Shown piece after piece: positions 14,370 through 27,950 of a stretch of DNA of 64,000 nucleotides. The notes below the pieces were generated by a model that had not been told where the DNA came from, ran no database searches, and saw only the letters and a program-made list of their open reading frames with translations. The DNA comes from Lingula anatina (Eukaryota > Animalia > Brachiopoda). Location: positions 14,792,644 to 14,856,643 of the forward strand of contig CM120643.1 in the NCBI GenBank assembly GCA_051362555.1, written 5' to 3'. Position 1 is the first letter of the stretch; every line of letters begins with the position of its first letter. The position numbers and the translations under genes were made by a program.

Positions 14370-15194
14370 CCCATTAACCACTTTAAGACTTAACCAGTAT
14401 CCTATGTCCAGTATCCGAAGGGTTTGGGTGTTGGTGAGCACGACTTAAGAGTCACAGTTAGTTATTACATTCAGAATGCTTTTGATGTTACAACGTAATT
14501 CTGGGACCGAAGGGAAGGATTCTACAAACATACACGTCTTTGTCAAATTGCGAAACCGTGCACCCCCACCAAGAAGGGGTCCCGCACCCTATTGAACCTA
14601 ATGGTATTCGGACCTTAAATTAATTACTTCGATTAAAACCTACTTATATATTTGGAATTGTCAAGGGATGAAAACAAAGTATTCAGATGTCAATTAATTC
14701 GCGTTTATAGTTTGTTATAAAGGCTTTTTCGAATATGACATATTGAACGAAAAAAAGATATTCAGAAAGGCACTGATTGCATTTAAATATGTATTAGATC
14801 TAGGAGAAAAGGCACAATTCGACATAATATAAGATTGATATATTCGGTCACGCAAACGGACAAAAGGTGGCGGTTCAATCGTTTTATGATTATTCCCGAT
14901 ACAGACTGGGCATGTGCAATAGTTTAACGTAATTATATACTCATGCAGACACCTAATATAGAGAGAATGAAATAGAATAAACGTAAATAAAACAAGATAA
15001 AACAAGTCTTTTATTGTGCGTATCTATGGACAAAGGACTTAATACTGTTTTCGTGTAAAGTTAAATGTTGACAATGTGTATTTAAATTTTATCTACTTGG
15101 AAAACTGAATTTTCATAAATAAAATTTGAGAATTATCTAAGCATACATGTTTCACAGACCATAAAGATCACAAACGCCAGAAATCAAAGCTAAA

Positions 15195-15258
15195 AGATGC
15201 GTTCCCAAACCTAGATCGATCTAGCAGGATCGACCCATCTCCGTGTGGTTTCTCGCTA
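15195..15258. mobile_element. Diverged terminal fragment related to the same MITE family
   Basis: GCGTTCCCAAACCTAGATCGATCTAGCAGGATCGACCCATCTCC resembles the start of 10394-10607. Confidence 0.45.
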
Positions 15259-15798
15259 CGGCGAAATCCACATGATTCCATTGTTATGCCCGAAACCGCT
15301 ATTAGATCCTAGTCCACTGCAGAAGTAGTCGGCGGTACTGCTCTATCGACAGAGGCTTCCTCAGAGGTCGTCTTGCACAGCCTAGTTGAAATTTTGTTTC
15401 ATTATCTGAAGTTTTTTTAATGAAATATATCAGTACGGTACATGCATGTTTTTTTTTCTTTTCAATTCGGTTAAAATACTAGCACTTGGCCACATTTGAT
15501 AGTTTATCTTTTCACTTTTCATCTATTCAGTTCTATTTTAATAATGGGTTTATTTATTTTATCATAACATTTTTACATTATGGTAGACTGGTGTAGTATT
15601 TTATGGTCGTTTTCGGATTCATATAATGAACAGATCAAAAATTACAGCTGACCGTGAGCAGAGGTGATGCCCATACAGTTTGTAGATAACATACATTGGT
15701 GTTATTTTCATAAATGACTAGTACTTTATTTGTATATGTGCCAGATCGAATTACATTATTATCGCCATTTCTGTGGTGCCAAAGATTAAGCGCGCGCG

Positions 15799-15839
<41 letters not shown>

Positions 15840-15884
15840 TCAATTTGCTAAGCTATCGATTGCAGCAGAGAAGATAATTTCTGT

Positions 15885-15903
15885 TCCCCTCCAGATGGCG
15901 CTA
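15885..15903 (+). promoter_or_regulatory. CTCF-like binding motif
   Basis: TCCCCTCCAGATGGCGCTA versus the CTCF core consensus TGGCCACCAG(G/A)(G/T)GGCGCTA; intergenic, 3' of the astacin gene. Confidence 0.45.
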
Positions 15904-17512
15904 TAGAACGGTTTGGTTTGTCAAACCTGGCAAAAACTGCTCATATTGCAGCATGCAGTAGACCATATAAGGAAGAACCAGTGACCTACATAATGTCATT
16001 TTACTTTGGGGTGTGTAAGGGTCTGAAGCTTAATTTAATTTATTTAATCTAGTGAATTTTGAAATATGCGGGAAGCAAAAGCTTCCTGTGCATTACTATT
16101 TTAGTACATTGCTAAGCAAATTTTGTCTGTCAAATTATGATAATTGATAAATAGAAAGGGCGGCCACCTAGCTCTTCCTGCCTCCTACCCAGATGGATCA
16201 TTTGAAGACTGAACCTTTGAAAGAGATGTCACTTCTTCTTCAGTTCTGAGTGACCTGGGTGTGGATGCGAGGCATGAGGATACATGTACAGTACTAAGTA
16301 TATGGATATTTCAGTTTTAACCTATTCAACGAAATGTCCTTTAAGACAATGAGTTTAGGTATTTGTCGGTAACTTATCTTTGATGCATTTAAAAATGGGT
16401 TTGACGCCTGCATGTTGAACACTGGGCTTTGCCATCCACCAGTATTTTCCCCACGTATTTTATGGCTTCCATGCCTCCTTCATTTCATCACGTACACGGT
16501 ACCTCTTGACAGTGATACTTGCAGTTGTGCCTCATGTTAACTACACAGAATTTTAAACTACATCGGTAGAATTAGTAGTGGCAGTAAAGTTGTACATGTG
16601 AAATAGTCAAGATGGGGGAAATTCTGTTGAATGGCTCTTAAAAATTTGGCTGTTGAAATTAAGAGAGAGAATTTTGTGTTTGTGTTATGTGTTATAATTG
16701 TAGTAGAGCAAATTAGTCACAATTGAAAATTAAAGAACAGGATAAAGGCTTGTTGATATACTTCCATTTCTAATTCTCGCATGTTTTCACAAATAATACC
16801 ATTAAATGTAATATTTCGATCCAGTGGAGTATGTGACCTAGTTAATAGTTTCACTGCTTCCTGCGTAACTGTTAATGAAAGCAGTCATTTTCAAGGCATA
16901 GGGGGGGATTGCTATATCCAATTTGCAAGTAATGCTTGAACGTAATTTTGATATTTCTTATTTATGGCTAATGCCAATATCATGTTATCTAATCAAAACG
17001 CTCTTTCCAAAGCAATTTTTCATGATTTTTTACCTCCAAATTTAAAAGTCTGTAAAATATCAAAACGCAGCAAATTTAGCACCGCATAGTCATTAATAAC
17101 AAAACTTGTTTTATATCGCCAAATAATCCCCCCCCATTTCGATTTCTGAAAAAAATTACACAGATATTCCCTTTTGAAATTAGAATTTTGACTAGCTGAA
17201 TCATAATTCTAAATCGTACCAAATGGCACCGTTTGCCCTCCAAAAGACCAAAATTTCCGTGCCCCGAATCCCACGACAAGGGGGATCGACTTCCCATCCG
17301 CGGACCCCCCTTCAAAAATCGTGTATCCGCCTCAGCCCCCCTCCCCTTATGCCTTTACATGCGTTTTTCTATAATAATATAAGTTTCAGTTTTCCTCCGT
17401 GGTGTTTGTAAAACTATTTGCGATATTCTTCAGCAAGACAGCAAATTGTTACTTTACGTTAATTTCAATGCAAATATAATGCTCAAAATACGGAAAACTT
17501 GTTTTTTTTTAG

Positions 17513-19507
17513 TCCAGGAAAACTGACAAATGAAGCTCAATTTGACCTCTTCATCAAAAGACGAAAGAAGGCTACCTTGAAAACTCTGTTCACGTAAGTT
17601 TGCACATTTGTTGATTTATGTTACTTTTTCATGTCCTTTACCGGTAAAATAATTGAAGAGAAATAAATCGTACTGAAGCAGTCTTACGTTTTTGATCTTA
17701 CAAATAATACATAATCAATGCAATCCATTTTAAAAATTGTTAAATGCTTAGTTGCCAATATTCTTTCAAAAGATTAAAATTTCTCAGTTTCTAAATTTCT
17801 CAATTTCTAAATAGCAAGCATTTCACTCGTCACTTGGAACTTAGCATTTACAATATTTTCACTCGCTCCTGGAATTAAATTCTTAATTTTGAAGGCATGC
17901 AATTCGGGTTAGACCAAAGCAAAAAATCGGAAAATTTCAGCAATTTTCCTTTTAGGTTTAATTTATTCAAAACCGTTACGAAAACTACGATCTAAAAACC
18001 CATTTGGGTTTCCAAATTTCTATTATTCTATCGCCACGTGTGAAAGTCACAAGCCTTTATCTCCATAGCGAGATTACTTAACACGTATCTGCATCATCTT
18101 TTGGACTTAAAAACATAAATGCAAAGTGTTAAAAGTACCACCATGATTTGTCCCTCCATTTTGTCTAAGTTTGATAATAACACACGTTGTAATTAAATTG
18201 CTAAAATGCATTTTTTCAATAATCATTGTCTCTAGAGGATTATTTCTTTCACATTCCTCACTGAAGTTTATCTCTAGTAGAGTATTTGAACGTATTGGTT
18301 TCTGTTAAATGTTGATTTAATATGTAAAGGTATGGTAAAATTTAAATTAAAATTGAGACAGTGGTGGATTTTTGTTCGATACACATATATGTTTAAAAAA
18401 TTGAATACAACTTTGAATTAACTCAGTTTTATTTTTGGACACTTCAGCATGTGAAATGCACCTCTATATTGGATTTGGATGTAAAGCGTTGTCTTCAGGG
18501 CAGATTCCACTAAATAGACCAATCACGAATGTAGTGCTGTGAGAAAAATTAATAATTTTTTTCCAATTTTTCCTGATATTTCTTGTGTGTTTTGCTATGG
18601 TTACTTCTGGTGTCAATTAGCAGGCTAAGATGTTAACTATGCATTTTTTTTTCAGAACCAGACATGGGTGTCGTGCAATGTGGGTCCTCTGGCGGAGGGA
18701 GCTACTGACTGTGAGCGGTGCAGTGGTTTGTTTACAAACAAGAGGGCTCCACGTGATCAAGTACTGCCGGTAAGAAAAGAAGCTTTTCAACAGTAAATAT
18801 TTGTGCCATTGGGAGTTATGTAAGTGTGTCTGCTGTCCATGGTGTTAGGAAATATTTCATTAAATTATTTTGTTCATGCAGTTTTGCAGGCATTTCTTAG
18901 TATGGCCGTCAAAGGGAAATTATTTGGTGGTTTCTGCCCTAAATTCCGAGGGCGTGATGCATAGCGATAACATTCAATAGTATGCGTTTTTTCATATGAT
19001 TTTTAAGCAAGATATTCCTAAATGCCTTCTGCATATTTTGATGAAATTTTCAAGAGGCACATATATTCAGATGAGAAAGAAATTATTACAATTTCGAATG
19101 AATCTGGGTTTCCTCGTATTTATATATATATATATATTTATTATTATTATTATTATAATTATTATTTACCATTAGCTTAGAGGTCTGCATTCTAGGAGTA
19201 CTCTAAGAATATTATTCATTCATTTTGGATCATGTTTAAGATAAGACAACCTCGACTTATTTCCTGCTTGCCTATATTTTGGACAAGCCAATGCGTGCTT
19301 AAATCACTATATCCCGTTTGATTTATTATTCATTGGTGAAAATTTAAGAGCCGTTCAAATTAAATGAAAAATTGCTAAAAATAATTTTCTCATTTCAGAA
19401 ACCCACCAAGGTACAGTTCAACATGCGTCTGCTAGCAGCCTTACCTTTGGTTCACATTCAGGAACTCTACGCCTATTCAGGCATTTATTTTATGAGAATT
19501 GAATAAA
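17513..19507 (+). other. Possible spliced lncRNA, micro-ORF or decayed gene (three exon-like blocks)
   Basis: 17513-17593 (polyT-AG..GTAAGT), 18656-18769 (polyT-CAG..GTAAGA), and 19399 onward (TTTCAG) ending at AATAAA 19502-19507. No recognisable homology. Confidence 0.35.
18870..19207. mobile_element. Decayed non-autonomous Helentron-like element (tentative)
   Basis: The end GAGGTCTGCATTCTAGGAGTACTCTA and internal ATTTTGATGAAATTT resemble recalled HINE-type repeats; strongly diverged. Confidence 0.3.
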
Positions 19508-20309
19508 TATATTTGTCTGGGATTTCTTTTTTATATTTTTACATGAAAAATTATGATAATGATAATAGTAATAGATAGAAAAGGAGTACGAAGATATAAA
19601 TATAATAACTGTTTCAGCAATTTCAAATTCAATCTACCTAATAAAATCTGTAAATATTGCCCTTGGTATTGCTCTGACAATTTGCTTTGGTACATGGTAT
19701 TTGAAAGTGAAATGGTTTAAAAGCTTTGCAATTGTACCTTGTATTAAAAAACGATAGTGTTTGAGTACTTAAAATTCGAAAGTCTGCTGCAAGGCTGTAG
19801 ACGAACCAAAAGATTTTCTATAAACACACACAAAGTGTAAATACAAACCAGCTTTTTGAAGTTAAATTTTGTTTCTAAATTTTTTCCATATTTTCAATGT
19901 ACTTTAGAACAAATTTGACCATCCTCTGGAATATCATTTCCTCACTTTTCATGATGTAATTCATAGCTTTTTTTATAGTTTATTTTTTTTACTACCGCCA
20001 ATTTGACTATCCAAATACTTATATATATAATTCAATTACAAATCTGAATAAAATGATCAAGTGAAAAAGACTCTGCCGCTTTTTAGTAAATGACTGGCTG
20101 TTCCAGGAATTGGGACGTTTTATTTGATGATATAGAACTGAACGAATGCTTCCGAGTCCTATTTTTTTAAAATAATTTTTTGTTTATATTTTGCTTGGTC
20201 TATGCAAAATAATATTCAAATTATTTTCAATTCCTTCATGTATTTTAAACCAATTGCGAATTCCAATGGGTCCTATACAGTAAATGCTCTTACAATCTTT
20301 GTCTCACTT

Positions 20310-21082
20310 ATCACCCCTTAAAATGTAATTGACTGGCCCCACCTGTCACCCCTCAAAACGTAATAGACTCTTCCAACCTGGCACCCCTTAAATTTAAATG
20401 GACTCTCCCCACCTGTCGCCCCTTTAATTTGAATGGGCTAGCCCCACCTGTCACCCCTTGAAAACAATGGACTCTTTCAACCTGTCACCCCTTAAAATCT
20501 AATGGACTCATCCCACCTGTCACCCCTCAACAACAAAATGGACTCTTCCCACCTGTCACCCCTTAATTTGAATGGACTCGCCCCACCTGTCACCCCTCAA
20601 AAACAAAATGGACTCTTCCCACCTGTCACCCCTTAAATTTGAATGGACTCGCCCCACCTGTCACCCCTCAAAAACAAAATGGACTCTTCCCACCTGTCAC
20701 CCCTTAAATTTGAATGGACTCGCCCCACCTGTCACCCCTCAATAACAAAATGGACTCTTCCCACCTGTCACCCCTTAAATTTGAATGGACTCGCCCCACC
20801 TGTCACCCCTCAAAAACAAAATGGACTCTTCCCACCTGTCACCCCTTAAATTTGAATGGAATCGTCCCACCTGTCATCCCTCAAAAACAAAATGGACTCT
20901 TCCCACCTGTCACCCCTCGAAGACATAATGGACTCTTCCCACCTGTCACCCCTCAGAAACAAAATGAACTTGCCCCACCTGTTACCCCTCGTAAACATAA
21001 TAGACTCTTCCCATCTGTCATCCCTTAAAATTGAATGGACTCGACCTACCTGTCACCCCTCAAAAACAAATGGACCCACCCA
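20310..21082. repeat. Minisatellite of about 21 units of 35/36 bp forming a 71-bp dimeric higher-order repeat
   Basis: Alternating ATGGACTCGCCCCACCTGTCACCCCTCAAAAACAAA (36) and ATGGACTCTTCCCACCTGTCACCCCTTAAATTTGA (35); homogeneous centre, diverged edges. Confidence 0.95.
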
Positions 21083-21511
21083 TGTTCCAAATAGAGTACT
21101 TAAAATCCAGAGCATATCAATGCTACTACTTTCACTTCTGTATCTATAAGATCAAACTGAAAAACGTTCTCAAAAAGCGTATTTATTCAGGCAAAAATGA
21201 TTGTCGTTCACAAATGTCACAGTTACAAATGATAAAATAAAATTTTCTTTTACAGTGTTCATCATAACAACGAATAATACAGTATTAAATTATAATAAAT
21301 AATCGTACTTTCAACTTGTGATCTGATAAATTGCAACTTTACCTTTAAATTAGAAAGTTGTGATATGTTAGCACTTTTCATATTATAGTATAGCTTTTTA
21401 TTATGAAACATAACATAACCGACTGGTCAAGTGGAATCAAATTAAAATTTTATCAAAAAATCATATTTTATTATTCATATTGATCAATCCTTATGGTATA
21501 ATTTGATAATT

Positions 21512-21741
21512 AAAACAAGGCAGCAAAGCTGTCAAATGTACAGACAAAAAGCAGAAAATAACGCACAAAATAGGATACTGTCAATTCTGATACAATAATA
21601 CATTATGCTTAACCCCATAGTCAACATCAAATTTTAATTATGCACAACTGATAATACTGATGAAAATAAAAGCATAAGGCTTCAGGCCCAAGAGAGTTCA
21701 AGTTCACAGAAAATGCCAGAATGAGAAAAATGAAAATTTCA

Positions 21742-21791
<50 letters not shown>

Positions 21792-23108
21792 TATGTCACT
21801 CCTAAGAATCATTCTTGTAGGTTAAAAAAAAAATAAGTAACACAGTTTTCTTTTTGTTTTACTTTTGTGGTGACAGTGCACGAAGTAGGTTTTTTGTCAA
21901 TTTTGATGCAATATTACATAATGATTAACTGTATAATTACCACCAATTTCTAATTCTCTACTATTAATAACATGGACATTTTGTAAATTTGCTGATTACT
22001 GGGCTCATGCCCGTGGAAATTGTAAGTCCCCCATTGAAAATGCCAAAATGTGAAAGATTAAAAATTCACAAAAATGTACAACAGAAAAAGAAGCCAATTT
22101 GACTGCTTTTCCAACTCAGGCTGCCTTTTAGACCTATGTTTCTTTCCTGTAAGTTTAAGAAAAGTAAGTGATATGGTTTTTATTTAATGGTCACTATGGA
22201 GGCAGTGCACAAAATAGTGTTTTCTTCAATTTTGATGCAACATTACATTGTGTTTAAGAGCATAATGACAATCAATTTTTAATCATAAAATAAGAAATAC
22301 ATGGATGTTCAGAAAATGTGACAAGCAAAAGTCTTCAGGGCCATGGAAGTTCACAGTCACACCTTGAAAATGCCAAAATGTAAACAAGAGATATCTGTAC
22401 TGAAATGGTTTTATTTCCATTTTCAACACCTTTTTTGCATAAAACAATATAATCAATTTACTGTTTGCAATTTACTGTTTTTATATGATCAACTAAGAAA
22501 ATTGTTGACATAGGAAATATATCAATAGAACAATTTTAAATGTCCAATTTGCTCCATTCTGAGATTCTGAATATAGTGAATGATTGAATCTGGAAAACTG
22601 CAATGCTATGTCTTTCCATTTTTGACACTTTATTACACAATATATAATAACAGGTTTACCATCATTTTAACTAACAATATTGTTAAGATGCAGAGAATGT
22701 TTTAAGAACACTTTCACATATCTAATTGGCTCAATAATGAGACTGTTAACATGCCTAAGAATCAAATCTGATGAAAAACTTTATCAAAACTTAATCGATC
22801 AGGCTGATTTTCAAACTCAACCTGTATTTTAGTAAGATTGATCACTCCAGTAATTTTCAAGACAATAGGCCTATCAGTTTCCCCTAAAATGTGTTATTAG
22901 TGTTGCATATATGCTGAAAATAAAACGAAAAAACATGCTGATTTTCAAACTCGACCTGCGTTTCATGAATGTTTATCAGTTCTGTAAGTTTAAAGCCAAA
23001 AGGTAAAACGGTTTTCCACTTATCGGGTTATCGGTGAAGTGCACGGCGACAGCGACGACAGACGCAGGTGACGGCTATATGTATAGACACATCTGTGTCT
23101 GTACATAA
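21512..23108 (-). mobile_element. Non-autonomous Helentron (HINE/DINE-1-like) with internal diverged repeats of about 330 bp
   Basis: On the minus strand it starts TT-ATGTACAGACAC-AGAT-GTGTCTATACATA (subTIR plus inverted repeat hairpin), followed by a GTC-rich microsatellite-like tract. It ends GTCTGTACAT (subTIR), GACAGC-TTT-GCTGCC palindrome and TTGTTTT. Diverged internal units start near 21580, 21900 and 22230 (TCAATT(C/T)TGAT(A/G)CAA..AAAATGCCA). Confidence 0.8.
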
Positions 23109-25477
23109 TGACTGATGCCTGATTTTAAGGAAAATGAAACACGATCAATCTTAGTGCGCCATTTCAGTATGCAGAAAATTTAATATAAAGCTATCATTTT
23201 GAAAACCATGAAAGATTGTCAACATGTAACTTTCGCATGTGCCAGTCCGTGTCCTGTTCCAACATACGGAAGACTAGGGCAGCTTCTATCAGTCGTTTGC
23301 GCATTTTGCAGTATCTTGGCAAAGGGAATGGCAGTGTTCTGAAATATGAAACTATCACAGGTTAATGGCATAATTAAATATCGCCATGTCATTTAAACTT
23401 AGTTTAGGTAAAACGGTAATGGAATAGGCATGCAGTTCAAGATCCAAAATTCTCCGATATTTCACAAATTTCAATAGATGTTGTACAGCCATTTCTATTA
23501 CACTACGAGAATGACACGGAAAACACGACCAATATTATTGGAAAGCTTTCTCAAAGTAAAGGTTAAATGAATACGAATAATTCCGTCAAGGAACTGAATA
23601 TATAACTGAACAGAGTAAAGGGTTTATAGAAGGCAAATGACAATGCATAACTTAGTTTTCTCGTGAACAATTAACAGATCTAATCATGTTTGTAAGATTT
23701 CTGGAAGTTTGCCAATCGATATTTTTAATCTTTGCTTTCTTTGCACTAAATCCGAAAACAAATATACAGTATGTAATTGGGGTGAAAATTTACATTTGCA
23801 AAGCATAGGAATCAGGAGCGACTTAAAGACATGGTTTACAAGATTATCCAAGTCTTAGCCAAATTCAGAATAATACACAAACAAAACTGAAAAGAGTACT
23901 CTTGGCTTTTCATATTCACTTAAAATTTACTCTGGTTCTCGGTTTTCAGTGATGACACTAAGCACAAATAACACAGCATGGGAATACAGGACTGATATCT
24001 AACCAAGCCTGTCTTTCTCAATCACTCTTTGCTCCCCAAAATAAATCAAAATATATTAGAATACAAAACAATTTTAATTAGAACGCTCCTCTGCACGTTT
24101 TAGGCATTTTTTTTACTTTAAAATCAAAACGTACAATTAGGTTGAATATCGAAATTAGCGATTAGAGGAACAAAATATTTTGTAACAACATTTTTAGATG
24201 ATAATTCCGTAACTTTCTTAAATAAGTGACCAAACGGTAATAATGGACTTTAGTATAACAGGTCATTTAATAAACCCTATAATCTGATATTTAAAAAATC
24301 CATAGATTTTTTAAAAATAATGAATTGTTCACTATCTTTTTGAGCAAAATTGACAAAAGTTGAAGGTCTAAAATTTCATTTAATCCTTTCAGATCACTCA
24401 TTACCTCTCGAAAATGGGGTTTTGCGACAGCTCAAGTGATTTTCAAAATATGGAATGCAAATTAATGTCAGTCCTACAAAAAAATCTTAATGGACAAATG
24501 ATATCTAAATGCCATTTCCGTATTTGTTTTTCGACACTACTGTTTTTTAATAGAAGTCATAAACGGCATATTAATGATCCCAATCCTGGGAAGTTTTTGT
24601 ACCCAACTATAGGAATTGTTTTCTTATCTTATGTACAACAAACATTTCCATCCTACTACTGCAATATTAAATTAATTTTTATTTCGGGTGGCAATCTTTA
24701 CCCCACCCCATGGTTTAACTTTGTTTCAGAAAACAGATGTTTGAGCCCCACCTAACACTGAAAACATGGAGAACCAGAGGAAGTTTATTCACAACCACAG
24801 TGCCAGATTCATAATTGTGAAAAATCGTTACAGTAAATGTAGACAATTCGGCAGTAACGTGGGTACATTTTGCCGCTATATATTGTTGGGATTTCTAAGG
24901 AGTTGTGCGTTTTATTAACAGTGTTAATTGTAGATTTACATTTCTTCCTCTTTTTCGGCTGAGCACACGATAAGTGTAATAAAAAATGGCCTATATGCAT
25001 TTTACGAAACGGGGTTACCAGAAATCAACATCATTTAGAATGAATAAGAGTATACCTTCAAGTATATGATAATTCTAAAACAATCACTTTATCATTTTTA
25101 TACAGGCATAAGCACTGTTGAATAAGAAATTCAAATCTAACGTTTCTGGTTCGAAAAAGAACAGGTATTAAACCCGACACAACAGTATACATAAATAACC
25201 CTCATAACACCATGATCAGATAGAGCACTGTACTATAACACAGTAATATTATAATTACCAAAAAAGAGCAAACCAGCGACATGCAGGGTTGACGCGTAGT
25301 ACAGAGGTAATTACTGGCAGAAGTTTCATAAATAAAAAAGCTCATTTTATTCGACTTTAAATTTGATATACGTTATGGAGCAGAATGCTACAACAAAAAG
25401 CAAGCATAAAATTCCTTACTATTGTCGTCACTGCAAATTAACGAGCAGACAAACGTTGACAGGGGAATCAATCTTGG

Positions 25478-26642
25478 CATGGGTATGGGGCTGCATGTGT
25501 CGAACACGAAACGTATCTCTGAGTAGGACGCTTCTTGTTTTCACTGGAAATAAAGGATATGATTCCCATTCATGAACCAATATCTAAACATCTGATGAAG
25601 CAGCACATGTTCATTGCAGCTACATGTATTCATGTCAGTATCCTTTGCGTTATAATTAACAAATCGCAATTAAAATTATACAAATATATATTCATATTGA
25701 ACCCTCATGGAAAGCTAATGGTATCAATAACAAAAGGGTGCCCAAAAGACCATGAGGGAAAGCTAAGAGAAAGTATACTTCACGTCAGTTAGATGTCCAC
25801 ATAGTCATTATGCCTAGAGTGCACCATATCGGGAAAATATCGTCAATGTAAAACATGGGAATGGGGCTGCATGTGTCGAACACGAAACGTGTCTCTGAGT
25901 AGGACGCTTCTGGTATCTTCGTAAACGGTACTTAGAGTCACTGGAAATAAAGGATATAATTCCCATTCATGAACCAATATCTAAACATCTGATGAAGAAG
26001 CACATGTTCATTGCAGCTACATGTATTCATGTCAGTATCCTTTGCGTTATAATTAACAAATCGCAATTAAAATTATACAAATATATATTCATATTGAACC
26101 CTCATGGAAAGCTAATGGTATCAATAACAAAAGGGTGCCCAAAAGACCATGAGGGAAAGCTAAGAGAAAGTATACTTCACGTCAGTTAGATGTCCACATA
26201 GTCATTATGCCTAGAGTGCACCATATCGGGAAAATATCGTCAATGTAAAACATGGGTATGGGGCTGCATGTGTCGAACACGAAACGTGTCTCTGAGTAGG
26301 ACGCTTCTGGTATCTTCGTAAACGGTACTTAGAGTCACTGGAAATAAAGGATATAATTCCCATTCATGAACCAATATCTAAACATCTGATGAAGAAGCAC
26401 ATGTTCATTGCAACTACATGTATTCATGTCAGTATCCTTTGCGTTATAATTAACAAATCGCAATTAAAATTATACAAATATATATTCATATTGAACCCTC
26501 ATGGAAAGCTAATGGTATCAAAAACAAAAGGGTGCCCAAAAGACCATGAGGGAAAGCTAAGAGAAAGTATACTTTACGTCAGTTAGATGTCCACATAGCC
26601 ATTATGCCTAGAGTGCACCATATCGGGAAAATGTCGTCAATG
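25478..26642. repeat. Three near-identical tandem copies of a 397-bp unit
   Basis: Units begin CATGGG(T/A)ATGGGGCTGCATGTGTCGAACACG at 25478, 25854 and 26251. The first copy is 21 bp shorter; otherwise only a few substitutions. Confidence 0.95.
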
Positions 26643-27950
26643 CATAACAAAGAAATGCTACAATTCATTTTCTATCATCAGTAGGGAACTTACGATATAG
26701 TGCAGCCGGTTTCAATGCAAACTTTTCGGCCTACATGTGGCAGTAGCAGTAATATGGCATTTCCTTCCTCTCCATCTTCTACTGACCTCGGTCTTATCTG
26801 AACGCCTATCACCAAAATGGTCACCTGATTTACATAATAATGAAGAGGTCATCTACTTTCCGTCCGGATGCTTCGTTTTGAATTATAGTCTAGTATGGTT
26901 GATGAGCAGGCAGAAGAGTCTCCATCTCGAAAAGGAGGATTGGGGTTTGATAAAGTCATAATGATACACAAAGACAACAAAAATAAATAGATAAAAATAA
27001 AAACGCATTTTAAAAGTCAACATAGTTTATATTGCGTATCTGGGCATATAAATCAGCTTTCATAGGTCGAATGAACGAACTGGGGTGGGATTGTGATAGA
27101 TAAGACAGGATTTTCATTCAATCTTACGGTACAGCGTAACCGTTAGGTTATTGATATTTCTTTCTTTCTTTCTCTCTCTCTTTCTTTCTTTCTACTTCTT
27201 CAAACAACGATGGACACTTTTAAAGGAAAACCTTTTAGTTACATGTTTATTGAATTGTCTTGTATGTTACACTCATTGGTAAACTCTACAGAATTGATTT
27301 TTTAACTGCAGGAAACAAACATATAAAAACTGAGTAAAATACCTGGTCAGTCGCCTAACCCTCCGTCCACTCCTGTTTCCCTCCTCAAAAACGATTCTGG
27401 CTTCTCAGAATCGTTTTTCTAAAAACGACACTTGTTTCTGGTTTCCCCCTTCTCACCCTCATACCCTGGTACACAATAATATTCACAGTCATGTCATGTA
27501 TTTGTAGTACTTTTAGTTTGATAATTACCCACGCTATCACAGTGATCTGCTAAAGGCATTTCACATCCAATAGGGAAATAGTAGTGACAGCTCAATAATT
27601 ATAAATTCGGGCAAGAATGTAATAAAGCAGTAAAATACTCTATAAATAGTGTCAAAAGGAACACCACGCTGGCTAGTACTATCAGTTAATATACTTAAGA
27701 ACATATACGCCAATATCGGCAATATCACATGTAAACTCAGTGGTCACCACCAAAATATCACAGTTTGTAACCCAAGATGACAGGGTCGTTGTCAAAAGGG
27801 CAAAGGTTTAAATGCACAAAAAATGTAATAATACGACCATGGTTTAAAAGCTGCATATGTGTTTAAAAACTGGCGCTTGTGTTTTAATTATAAGAAACTT
27901 ATGTCATATTCGTACGCATTTACTCTCTTTAAAAATAAATGTCACAACGT

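Noticed and set aside
20310-21082. CRISPR-like array and repetitive ORFs (MDSPHLSPL..)
   Set aside because: The apparent spacers are short and recur alternately, there are no cas genes and the context is eukaryotic; the ORFs are by-products of the minisatellite.
25535-26586. Three repeated 65-85 aa ORFs as a tandem gene family
   Set aside because: They simply follow the 397-bp repeat; no domain, splice or codon support.
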